Source: Eledone cirrhosa (Eukaryota). Taken from it: DNA of 64,000 nucleotides. The position numbers and the translations under genes are program-made. Location of the stretch: the NCBI GenBank assembly GCA_964016885.1, contig OZ024743.1:43586001-43650000 (forward strand), read 5' to 3'. Below, piece after piece: positions 1 to 12,554 of this stretch (position 1 is its first letter; each line of letters begins with the position of its first letter). A model generated the notes under the pieces. That model worked only from the letters and a program-made list of their open reading frames with translations, had not been told where the DNA came from and made no database searches.

Positions 1-697
1 CCTTTTTCCTTATACAGTGTTCGATGTATTTATCTTTTTAAATTTGGGATGATGATTGATTTAACAATTCTTCGTTGACAGACACGTAAATACAATGATA
101 TATATGTCTTTGATAATCTGTCCTGATAGACCGTTTCATTTAAATTTCTACGATATAGTAGATGATTGCATGTGTATCTTTCTCCTGCTGCGGTTAAGAT
201 ATGTGTAATTTAACAAATTGTCTTGATTGTAATCTGACTGGTTTACCATATTTGTCAGGCATGTTCATCAGCTGCACACTACATTCTTTCTTTTGCGTAA
301 CATATTAGTTCAACCTCTACAAACGAAAGTTTACTGAATGTTTCGTGGTCAGAATAGCAAGTTGTTGCATTGATTTAATCGAAGAAACGGTTTGTTTAAG
401 ATGATACACTTAAACAAATTGCAATCGCATCAACGTGTAAAGGCCTGCTGTCCTATGCATACTGAACTTCTCTCGAGATTCGGTAATAAACTTTCTTTCC
501 GATACAACCTAGATGTTATACTCAACCAACAGTTTAATACCTTATTTCATTCATATTTCAGTAAACATGCCTCCTAATAAAATTGATATGCTTCCTTGGT
601 TTTCGCTCCGAAATGAATTTATGTATTTTAAGATAGGAATGTGAAGATATATGAACACCATCTATATATGCGTGACGTGTCAAAATCCTTGTAAGAC

Positions 698-887
698 ATA
701 ATTGTTTCTACTTTTGGCACGAGGCCAGCAATTATCTCAGTGTATTACTGGTACTTTATTTTATCGACCTCGTAAGGATGAAAGGCAAAGTTAAGCTAGT
801 CGGGATTTGAACTCAGACCAAAGGGCTGTAACACTTTGCTGCATAGCATGGCGTCCGACCCTCTACCGATACTGCCAATCCACCGCC
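698..887 (-). mobile_element. tRNA-derived SINE, full length, with approx. 13-bp TSD
   Basis: Reverse strand reads GGCGGTGGATTGGCAGTATCGG (A-box-like) ... GAGTTCAAATCC (B-box) ... TTTGCCTTTCATCCTTACGAGGTCGATAAAATAAAGTACCAG (resembles the Meta-SINE central domain, from memory). TSD tgtaaga(c/a)ataat at 690-702 and 889-901. Homologous copies at 7742, 32979 and 44821. Confidence 0.85.
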
Positions 888-1087
888 ATGTAAGAAATAA
901 TATTTCGTTTATAGTGTCGTATATTAATGTTTCCACATATCTACGTACATTCTGCAGTCTTCAAATGGATGTCGTTTAGAATCAATTTCTATTGGACGAT
1001 TTTATTGAACTAATGCGTATTTATTATATCATATTTCGTTTTCTTAACACAAGATTAAAGAGGATTAACGCTTTCATTCTTTATCTG

Positions 1088-1090
<3 letters not shown>

Positions 1091-1164
<74 letters not shown>
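1091..1164. repeat. (TA)n microsatellite, representative of dozens of (TA)n/(TG)n/(GA)n tracts in the window
   Basis: Pure dinucleotide run. Similar tracts at 4792-5130, 5285-5418, 10923-10983, 12025-12550, 25966-26200, 31495-31760, 36337-36616, 37930-38520, 46568-47193 and 54670-55190. Confidence 0.95.
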
Positions 1165-1169
<5 letters not shown>

Positions 1170-2347
1170 TAAGTCGCTAGAATGATTAGATAAAATATAT
1201 ACAGTATTTCTCCTCCCAATCAGTATAATTCAGCCACACAAAAATCATGTAAACGAGGCTATGAGTTTAAAATGTACTTTTGAAGAAACAATAGATAAAT
1301 GATATAGTTTCTTATCCACGACGTATAGCTAAAAAATATTTACCTAATATTTCTATTAGCCTGTAGAAACTGACTAGACATATAGTTAACTACACATAAT
1401 TATGTACAAAATCAAAGTTAGAAGAAAAAATGTACATAACCCTTATCAAAATCTTCATAATATCTCTACCACCCGGCGGTTTCATTCCGTTTTTGGATAT
1501 ATACGATCTTGGATAAATCAACGAGGTTTGGAATTCATCAGGAGATAACTCAATTGGACAAAGATGTTTCTACCATGATCTCCGCCAGAAACGAATTCAA
1601 AATGGCTAAGAATCATCACGTGGCCAGTGGTCAAAGCAAAAAGTTTGTGACTGGCGCCTGTCGGCGAGTAGGCTGGATGCTAGAAGGCGCAGCTGCATAC
1701 TGCCTAAAGTTTTACTCAACCTTACGGGAGTATATAAACTAGACAAAGTCATAGATACATATATATGTTTTTGGCAACCATTCACAGTGTGGCTCAATGA
1801 AAAATTAATTAAATAATTAATAATAAGAGCAATATATAATCCTTAGATAAAATATATAAAGTATTTCTCCTCCCAATCAGTATAAATCAACCACACAAAA
1901 AATCATTTAAACGGAATGAACCCGTCGGGTGGTAGAGATATTATGAAGATTTTGATAAGGTTTATGTACATTTTCTTTTCTTCTAACTTTCATTTTGTAC
2001 CTAATTATGTGTAGTTAACTATATGTCTAGTAAAATTCTACAGGCTAATAGAAATATTAGGTAATTTTTTTGTAGCTATAAGTCGCGGATACGAGGCTAT
2101 ATCATTTATCTATTTTTTCTTCATAAGTACATTTTAAACTTATAGCCTCGTTTAAATGATTTTTTGTGTGATTGATTTATACTGATTAGGAGGAGAAATA
2201 CTGTATATATTTTATCTAATGATGTTATGGACTTACTTTTTTATATATTGCTCTGATTATTAATTATTTAATTAATTCTTCATTGAGCCACACCGTGAAT
2301 GCTTGCCATAAACATATATATGTATCTATGACCTTGTCTAGTTTATA
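1165..2347. mobile_element. Nested fold-back (inverted-repeat) insertion in (TA)n, PLE-terminus-like
   Basis: 1165-1491 is the reverse complement of approx. 1911-2240. 1733-1840 is the reverse complement of approx. 2240-2347. 1843-1913 directly repeats 1185-1255. Confidence 0.6.
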
Positions 2348-3883
2348 TGTATATACCGTTTAAATTATATAGCGGGAGTTGTGACCTGTGTTTACTGGAA
2401 TGCCATGCCATAATACACTCTAAACTGAACCTGCTTAACAGGAAATCGGAATTTTCTCCTCTTGCCAACACAAAATCCTGAGTTCCTTCTTCTATTTTAA
2501 ACCTAGCACATAGACGTAATATGTATTACGCAACCCCCACCTAGACATACCCCTCCTTGACTATAGCTCCCTCCTCCCCCAACCCGTAACCCAGATAGAT
2601 AGGTAGCCTAAGGGTGGAACAGTCCCCTACAAGGTTGGTGTTTTTGTGTGTGTGTGTGTGTGTGTGTATTCTCATTTTCTCTCTCTCACACACACACACA
2701 GACATATGTATATGTGTGTGCGTACGTGTGTGCATGCATGCATATATGCGTGCATTGTATACATGTATATTGTATATATATATATATATGTATATTGTAT
2801 GCATGTGTATTATATTGTGTGTATGTGTATATGTGATATGTATGTGTATATATGTATGTGTGTATGTGTGTGTATGTGTGTGTGTGTATGATGTGTGCAT
2901 ATATGTGTATATGTATGTATATTTTTTCTGTAGAAGTCTTCTCTATATGTGGTGTTTGGCATGAATTCCTCCTATAATACTCTTCTTTGAGAGGAGCACG
3001 ATATGTAGAGTAACACATATGTATTGTCGAAGTTGAAACTGTGAACCACCACCCCTCCTGCTGACCCAAATGTTTACTGACGACCAGAACACCATTCTCC
3101 GCAATATAAGAGAGGAATGCGCTTGCCGGACTATTGATGACTATAACATCACATTCCAAGGTAATGGCAAAACACAGTGAATGCTGAACACGACCAGAAC
3201 ACCACAACATGCACATCGGAGCAACAGAGATATAATATCAATAAGCGAATCAATTGAATTTTTTGAGTTGAAATACATATAAATATGTGTCTGTGTGTAT
3301 CGGACACATGTACACATTAAGAAACTGCTGACCTAAATGTACCTGTCATGCCTGTCTGAATTCCTAAGAGAATTTTCTGTCAGTTACTATCTTGACCGAT
3401 TAACCCCACAATTACTACGTAGCGGTTCTTGCACGTGACTGCTGGACCCGGATGAAACGAAGACGAAGAATTTCCTTGCGTACCGTTTTGTACCACAGAT
3501 GCGATCTCACTCTGCCTCGTTAATGTTCAATCGACACCAAAGTTCTACGTTCGGGGCAATATAATTGAATCCAACCACCGACAACATAGTTGGATGACCG
3601 ATAATCACACCAAACCGGAGTACTGTGATCCTTGTGATTTCGAGATATACAACCACTGACACTGTTACGAAGACCAGAAAAACATACACCATAATATTGA
3701 ACCAAGTGATTGATTTGTGCGACCAAAATAACACCACACACATATTGAACTAGGAATATTGGATCCTCCGTCAATGTCTGGGTGAGCAAAAATAGATTTC
3801 TATCTGCATTGGAATTTACGAACTTGTGCATCTGCAGTGGTCTCAAAAACAAACGCACATGACCGCACATATAAACAATATAC

Positions 3884-4791
3884 TATGCCACGTGGCTTGA
3901 ACCTGTAAGTGAATTGAAGGTTCTGTAACTCTGATATAGAGATTATTTATTATTAAGATGTATAAACTTGACATAACTATTATCATCTTATATTCTCTCA
4001 ACTAATCACATTTGATCATATTTCTCTATCCCGTTTTCTCCCCCCATAATTATAATATTTTTATTTGAAAAAATCGTTTTTTTTACATTGTGTTTTCCCC
4101 TTCAAATACTTGCTTATATTTCTTTATATATTCTCTATATATTTTTTTATATATATATTTTTTATATTTATTCTTATTTTCACTTTTATCCTCCTTTATA
4201 TTTTACCTTATTCTTACTTTTATACCTTATCATAGTGTAATCTTCCCCATGCCTTATTATACATTATTAATTATAGATTATTATTATTACTCTTTTTCCA
4301 TTTCTAATTACCTCATGTACTTTCTCCTCCGTTATATATATATATATTGTATGCCCTTTGTGTTTGTGTAGCCTCTGCACACCCTCTGCACCCTATTATC
4401 GACGCCACCCCATCTATGGTTCAGCTAACCACTTGACTCCCGGGAATGAATAAGACCGCAGCTAGTAAACAAGGAACCACACCCCACCCTCCCGCACCAA
4501 AATTAGACTTATCGTCCCCTACTTTTGCTCTTTACTTTCTTTACTCTTTGTTCTTGAATGTTTGGTTGGTTGAGTCCATAACACCAATCAAACCCCTTTT
4601 ATAGCTATGACGAATCCTACGGTTACGTAAGGAAGAAACATTGTAAGCCAATAAAAATCTTTTGATGTTGTAGACGCTCTTGTGCTCTTTATCATATATA
4701 CGGCTCTGCTCCAAAGCGTAGAGCTAATTATTATGCTGTCAATACCTTAATGGGACACGGGTATACAATACCTAACTCCTATTAACCTAAG
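3884..4791 (+). mobile_element. Non-coding dispersed repeat (PLE 3' UTR/pLTR-like) with hammerhead motif and AATAAA
   Basis: Near-identical inverted copy at 38527-39337. Hammerhead-like GCT-(A)TGACGA-stem-GAAA-CATTG-TA-AGC at 4604-4648, followed by AATAAA. Confidence 0.7.
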
Positions 4792-4824
<33 letters not shown>

Positions 4825-4941
4825 GTATATGTATATATATATATACATTTAAAAAAATATATATATACATATACATATATATATATATATACATGTATAT
4901 ATATATATATATATTTATACATGTATATATATATGTATGTG

Positions 4942-5068
<127 letters not shown>

Positions 5069-5195
5069 TTATATATGTATATGTATATTATATATATAAT
5101 TATATATGTATATATACATATATATATATAAATGAAGTAATTCCGTCGGAAAGGCACAGGAAAAAAGAGTGCTCTATGTAGGCTACAAAGCTTAT

Positions 5196-5281
5196 TAGTT
5201 ATGTAATCAACAACATAAGATAATTATTTCATTTACTAGTGGTTTCTTAAAATAATTATCTTATGTTGTTTATTACATAAC

Positions 5282-5283
<2 letters not shown>
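5196..5283. repeat. Short hairpin / inverted repeat next to (TA)n
   Basis: tagttatgtaatcaacaacataagataattattt pairs with aaataattatcttatgttgtttattacataacta. Confidence 0.7.
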
Positions 5284-5358
<75 letters not shown>

Positions 5359-5366
5359 ATATAATC

Positions 5367-5417
<51 letters not shown>

Positions 5418-5421
<4 letters not shown>

Positions 5422-5650
5422 TCTTAGTCTTAGTTCCTCCTGTCCCTTGTGGAATATTGGGTGACGAGTTTCCTACACTTGATCCTGTCACAGGCGGCCC
5501 TTCTAGCACCTCTCCAGGTAATTCCAATCTCCTGCAGGTCCTCCCTGAATGTGCTCTGCCATGTTTTTCTTGGTCTTCCCCGTTCTCTCCTGCCACCTTC
5601 TGGTACCCAATCCATGGCAATATGAGCAGGTCGATCTGCCTGCAAATGAA
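5418..5650 (-). mobile_element. RTE-clade LINE 3' fragment
   Basis: The 5430-5645 frame gives [19 protein letters not shown], the typical RTE ORF C-terminal W-x-P...GRP..TW motif. It ends in a tandem (ACTAAG)n tail running into (TA)n. Confidence 0.75.
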
Positions 5651-6851
5651 GGATGAAACCGCCGGGTGGTAGAGATATTATGAATGAGGAAACATGTATT
5701 CAAATAGTGTTTCTAGTTTGCCTAAAATTGCTTCGTTTATATGTATATTCAATCTGAATTTCATGACTTTGTTACTTGAAAATGTAACAGAAAATACTTT
5801 ACGTCGCCACTTAAAATTGTGGTACATAGAACGATGGTATATTACAGGTTGCATTCATATTAAATTTCAAAAAGAGGTGAGCAGACGTTGAATAAATTCA
5901 GGATATTTTAATGCACGTAGTGAATTATTGTCCTGTAGCGGCTAATTTGTAGCAGTGACATTTCCTTTAACCGTGTTACATAATGGTTTTCTGCATTATC
6001 ATAACACCTGATACTTATTTCCCAAGGCATCATTTTATGTATTGATTTTAATGTCTTTCCAAGAAAACGTTACCTAGGAGAATTGTGACTATCTAATTGC
6101 ATTAACTCAATTTAAGACCATAAAATGAAGAGGAAAGTTCTACTTACAACTGACATGTTCTAAGATTCATGAATGAGAAATATCATTTACGTCTTTGTCA
6201 AGATGATAAGAGGCGTGGAAACCGGAAATGTCCACTGTAAGAAATTAAAACTCCGTATAATCTAAACTACTATAGTTTTGCTTCTGGTTCCACTACAAGG
6301 AGAATCTATTCTTCCGACATCAGGTATAGTATAACATATTACAGAGGTGGGTAATGATGAGTTTTAAAAATGAAAAAAGATAAAATTAATAAGTCGTAAC
6401 CTTTCCAAAGATGAAATCGACAGCAGAGGTTGGATTTCTGTTCTATAATGAATATTATAATAAATAACCGAAATATTTGCTTTATTTACGCCAACATTTC
6501 TTAATAAGTGTTTAATATCATCAATTCTCTATATTAGAGGATCTACGTCGGACTAAATCTTAATAAGCATGTGTTGGTAGATTTATTATATTTCAATAAG
6601 ACTCAATACTTATTTGATCACTTCTATAATGACTTTGTATTGTGAACGGCAGAAGTTTGTGAACTCTCCTAACAAGCCTAGATATTGAACATTCAAAACC
6701 TATTGGATTTTACCCTCGATATAGTCAGCCTTTTCTAAATAGCTTAGAATATATATGTATATATATGTATAAGTGTGTGTGTGGTTATGCGTGTATACAT
6801 GTGCGTATGCGTTTGTGTGATTGTGAGTATGTATTCTCGTCTATGCATGTG

Positions 6852-6898
<47 letters not shown>

Positions 6899-7045
6899 TT
6901 TGGCCCCCGAAAATGATTTTTCATGTACAGGCAATATTTATTAGAATGCTGTTGATGTGTGTATACATTTCTGGGCATACATACATATATACATACATAC
7001 ATACATACATACATACATACATACATACATACATACATACATACA

Positions 7046-7081
<36 letters not shown>

Positions 7082-7168
7082 TATATATTTATTAAAATAA
7101 CAGATTAAAGTTTAAGCAAAGAATCGCTGCTTTCACCCTTAACGTGATATTCTGAAACTATATATATA

Positions 7169-7562
7169 TAGTGAAAAGATAACAAGGACGATTGGTTACT
7201 CCTTCATTACATTTATTAGTTGGTCACGCGCGTTTCGCCACTGATCAGCGCAAGGTTCGATCTGTATCGATCTTACCTGACTCTGTAATATGTGGCTCAA
7301 CGGACCGCTTGAAATGCTACATGGGTCTGTCGAGCCGCAGATTACAGAGTCGGGTAAGATCGATACAAATCGAACCTTGAGCTGATCAGTAGCGAAACGG
7401 GTGTCACCAACCAATAAATGTAATGAAGGAGTAACCAATCGTCCTTGTTATTTTTTCACTAAAATACACTCTGTATAGCTCTATACCTCGACACTGAAGT
7501 GAACCTAAACATCAAGTGCTCACCCGGGTGAACCTACAGTAACTCCAAGTTACACTCCCTGG
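7169..7562. mobile_element. Fold-back PLE-terminus-like element (approx. 140-bp arms plus tail) with hammerhead-like motifs
   Basis: 7169-7305 is the reverse complement of 7322-7461. The right arm reads GGT-CTGTCGA-GCCGC...GTAGC-GAAA-CGGGTG-TC-ACC...AATAAA. The left arm has the palindromic CGCGCG loop. Confidence 0.7.
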
Positions 7563-7741
7563 ATATATATATATATATATATAAACGTTGTGAATGTATG
7601 TTTGTGTGTGTGTGTGCGTGTGCCTGTGTGTGTGTGTGAAAGTATGCGTGTGTGTGCACGTGGGATTGTGTGTATTTTGTGAGATATTGAGTGCAGGTGT
7701 CTGTGTGTAATATGTTATTCCTTTTAAAACCTTTTTTTCTA

Positions 7742-7928
7742 ATAATTGTTTCTACTTTTGGCACAAGGCCATCAATTATCAGTACATTACTGGTACTTTA
7801 TTTTATCGACACCGTAAGGATGAAAGGCAGGGTTAACCTCGGCGGGATTTGAACTCAGACCGCAAAGGGGCGTAACTATGCTGGAAAGCATGGCGTCCGA
7901 CCCTCTAACGATACTGCCAATCCACCAC
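7742..7928 (-). mobile_element. tRNA-derived SINE with 16-bp TSD
   Basis: Same family as 698-887. TSD ctttttttctaataat at 7731-7746 and 7930-7945. Confidence 0.88.
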
Positions 7929-8491
7929 CCTTTTTTTCTAATAATGTTCACCTAAAAGATTTTAATAATCTAAAGTATCAATTTTATGTCAATTCTTTGA
8001 AGAAATGTTCATATACAAGTTTTTTTTTTGTCATACATTTCAGTAATAAAAGATAAAAATGATGTTACTTTCATATCTTGCAAAGTTTATTTCAATATAT
8101 TTTGTATTGGTGAGAGAATTTTATCTATACCCACATTTGATACATGTCAATATGCCAGGGAATAAATGGCATTCGAGGAAGTCGTAGGCGACTGATTTGA
8201 AAGAAGATAAATATATAAAACCCTCTATGAAAATCAACTGAAAATATGAAGTAGAATATTAAATAAAATTCAGCGGTGTCATTTTTTCATAAATATATCA
8301 ATATTTCGAAGGAAAATATATTTTGAGATATACAAATCTCAGGATTAAAATATATTTTCGATTGTGAGTGGTGGCAGCAATATTTCAGTTTCAAGAATGT
8401 ATAGAAATATTTCCTTTCAACGTTATACAAGTAAAAATATATCTTATACATATGCATATACATCCGTATAAATACACACATACGTATTTAC

Positions 8492-8525
<34 letters not shown>

Positions 8526-10916
8526 GTCTGTGTGTTTGTTTGTTTGTGTGTGTGTGCATGTGTGTATGTATAATGTGTGTGTGTGTAATTGTGTTTATGT
8601 GCGTATATGTGAAGTACTCTCCTGTACATCTCATAAAAGTGTGTAGCTAGAATTCGGCTTACAACACACCCGTAATATTGGTGCAACGAACGACTTTGTA
8701 AACCCGAGCACTTTTAGATAGTTCCATGCAGGCTATTCTTCGATACTTAGTGATAAAAACATCTCATTTTTATAACTTTGAATACTGATTTACTCGTCCT
8801 TTCGGCTAGCCATGTAGGGGCGTATGGTTGTTTACCAACAACATGTCCGGTTGTATTTTGCATTGGAGTACATGTTTCCAAACAGATTGTTAAAGAAGTG
8901 GTATTACTTTCTATATCCTCCATGTGCCTACTGTGTGTATGTGCGAGAGAGTGTGTGTGTGTGTATGTGGGTGTGTGTGTGTGAAAGAGAGATTACTAAG
9001 TTATTTCTGTGTTTGTTTAGCCCTTCAAATGTTGTATGTCTCTAACGAAAAAGAAGGAAAAGCAGGTTTCAAATGAGAAATATTGATATTAATTAGAACA
9101 TTTATCACCAAGAATATAAGTGACTGATCATGTATGTGTGTGTGTGAATGTGTTTGAGTTCAGGGGATGTATGTGTGTGTTTGCATGTTTGCATGAGCGC
9201 ATGTTTGTATGGAAGTCATTATTTGCAACACATGGGCTGTGAATTTGCATAATCCTTAGTCTTTGGGATAAACTGCTTCGATATATATAATTCCGTTTGT
9301 TTACGTTCTATGTCCAAATAACCTTGAAGTCATCTTTGCCTTCCAACCTTGATAAATTCGATTTAATCTTTTTTTAGGGCAGGGGAGTGGCAGAATCATT
9401 TGATTATTAGACAGATTGCTTGCATGACTATTTAAGTTCTCAGTTGAAATCCTGCCGAGATCATCTTTGGCTTTCATTAGTCACGTAACTAGGGTAGAGG
9501 TTATCGCGAATCAACAAATGCAAATTGTTGATCTTGTCTCTAATTTAGCAATCGATATTCGCAGAGAGAAAGAGAGAGAGAAAGAAAGAGAGGGGGGATG
9601 ATGTATTAGAAAGCAAGTGAGTGAGAGATAAAAGATAGATGAAAAGAAATATCTAGATATAACACAATGCCAGGAAGTTCGCATTATACAAGAACAATGC
9701 AAGTCTGTAATCACACATAAATGTAAGAGTAACTGTTGTATAAAATGTACCTTTATAAGATAATCAAACAGTAGAATATAATCCACAATGCTTGTCTTGA
9801 TTCATAGCTATTGTTATATCAATGTGTCAACTTAAGATATTTCAGATAAATTTAACTGTCGAATCTATGAAAGTAATAATGCCAGAGAAGAGTAAAAAAA
9901 ATTGTGTCAATTTATTTTCATATCTTTTTTCTCAATTATTTTCGCATGTAATTTTAAATTTCAAGTGACAATCAATTATATTTGCGCATAAATATAGTGA
10001 TTTATAAAACTTCGTACTGTTTCATATTTCTAAATTTAGTAAGAATATATGTTTAATTCATGCTTATTGCGTTAGGGATAATATCTCATAAATTTCTTTA
10101 TCACACAATTTGTCAATTCATAAATTTGAGATGTTTTATAAAATTAGCTGCATGAATATAATATGCAAATATTATATAGGTACTATATAGTAGGTTATAA
10201 ATGGAACTAAAGCGTTAAGGAACATGAGGTTTAGGTGGTGTGGGAAGGAAACATGAGTATCAAATAAAGTGAAATTCTATGTGCGTTCTAAGCAAAGCTA
10301 ATATCCTACTTTAGAACAGTATAGAATACAACATATCAACACTGAGAAGTAATATAATACACATGATGTACAACACACGTACACATACGTGTGTGTATCT
10401 CCCTATTTCCCTACCTCACGCTTAAATGCAAAATATTCCAGAGGCGCGCTCATATAAGGGAGGATACAAGTGCTGCGAACTTTGTATCTCAGAGAGCTAC
10501 GAAATATTATTTGCCAAGAGCCCGCTACTGAAAAAAACTCTATGAACACTGCCCGATTTGCATTCACAAAAACTTTGCAACTTTCAAATGCCTTAAGCCA
10601 GTGTTAATGTCAGATGGCAAAAAAAGATTCGCCCCTTTTTTTTTTAAAAACCCACTCAACAAAATACACCCTCCAACTCATTCTCACCCTACCCCTAACC
10701 CCTCTCGACTCGAAACACGGCACTATGGTCATGAAAGTAATTCTTACCTATCTGCTCTTTCCGCATGTAGAGCGTACTTCCTCTTTATACTGTATATGTG
10801 TGTGTGTGTATATGTGTATATCTATGCGTGTATGTATGTATTTGTATGAGTGGCTGTACGTATGTATGTGTGTTTGTGTGTACGAACGTTTATATGTATA
10901 TGCGTATATGTGTATG

Positions 10917-10986
<70 letters not shown>

Positions 10987-11145
10987 TGAGTATATATATA
11001 TAAATATATATATATATATAAATATGTGCGCGTGTGTGTGTGTGTGTGTATGTGTATATCTATGAGTGTATGTATGTACGTATTTGTATGAGTGGCCGTA
11101 CGTATATATGCGTCTGTTTGTGTGTAGGAGCGTTTGTATTTATGT

Positions 11146-11700
11146 ATGGTCGGGTTGTTGGCGACCAAACTGGCAACCTTACCAAGGTTTCTTGGTGAGG
11201 AGTGTGACTTTGAACATCCTGCAGGACTAAAAACAAAACCTGTCAAAGGGCAAAGGAACTCTTAAGAGTCAATGGCCATCCATAATCACCGGGAGAGATG
11301 ACCCCTTAGCCTTTGTCAAGGCAGAATTCTAGGAGAAGGAAAACTCTGATATAGCACCTGCAACTCTGATGGTATCCAATGATGTTGACTTTTCTTCTTT
11401 TTGGTAAATATCATCTTGGTTACGAGAGCCGGACTGGCTTTGTGCACTGCTTTTGATCACTATAACATCTTCACGGCAGGGGCATTGCTTTATATCTGGA
11501 GATCTCTCTGCACTTGTCGTCACATGGTACCATGGGCCCAGCACTATGTGTCTATAATTGTCACAAGTGTAGTGTTTGTATCAGAGTTTTCAAGTCGCTG
11601 GCTGGACTAAAAAGTCACACTCGTTGAGCCTATCGGTAGGGGTTCCTCTACATGGATATAAAGTAGTGGCCGTACTCGAAAATGAGTTGGCAGCCACCAT
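11146..11700 (+). mobile_element. Dispersed repeat resembling an RTE-LINE 5' region
   Basis: 11160-11285 is homologous to the reverse complement of 27975-28100. It contains CTAGGAGAAGGAAAACTCTGA, a motif I associate with RTE 5' UTRs. Confidence 0.4.
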
Positions 11701-11733
11701 GTGTGTATGCATGTATATATGTATATATAAACA

Positions 11734-11776
11734 TTTCTGAACACTAGAAGCAGTGAATGCTTCTAGTGTTCAGAAA
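11734..11776. repeat. Perfect hairpin
   Basis: tttctgaacactagaagca-gtgaa-tgcttctagtgttcagaaa. Confidence 0.85.
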
Positions 11777-12505
11777 CCTTTAGACAACTCTATCAGAGAA
11801 ACAATTGTTTGACTGTACATAAATTCCCCTTTTTTGTACTGTTGAGCATGTTATTCTTCACTTTTTCAGTAAACTTACATAGGAATAAAAGTTAAATCAT
11901 AAACTCGTCATCTACGTAAATCTCTTGTTGAGTCAAACAAAGCCGTACGCTAAAACAATCCATAATAAGAAGTATTGACAACCTCTAACTGGATTACCTA
12001 TAACGATATTTTGTTATCCCTTGTGCGTGTATATATATATATGTATATATGTGTATATATGTATATATATGGGTGTGTATGTAGGTGTTTATGTATTTGT
12101 ATGTATATATATATATATATATATGTATATATGTGTATATGTGTGTATGTGTGTGTATATATATATATATATATGTGTGTGTATATGTGTGTATGTGTGT
12201 ATATGTGTATATATATATATTTACATATATGTGTGTGTGTATGTGCGTATTTGTGTATTTATTTATATATATATGTTTATATATGTAAATGTATAATTAT
12301 GTGTGTATATGTATGGTAATATATATATATATATGTATATATGTATATATGTATATATGTATATGTGTATATATTTATATGTATATATGTGTATATGTGT
12401 ATATATATATATATGTGTGTGTGTGTATATATATGTGCGTGTATATGAATGTATATATGTGTGTAAGTGTATGAATGGATGTATATACGTATATAGATAT
12501 ATATA

Positions 12506-12549
<44 letters not shown>

Positions 12550-12554
<5 letters not shown>

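Noticed and set aside
698-887. tRNA gene (A and B boxes present)
   Set aside because: No cloverleaf; the boxes belong to a multi-copy SINE head with TSDs.
2178-2210. TATA-CTGATTA-GGAGGA-GAAA-TACTG-TA-TATA hammerhead-like string
   Set aside because: Core mismatch and no stem II, so it cannot be supported as a ribozyme.
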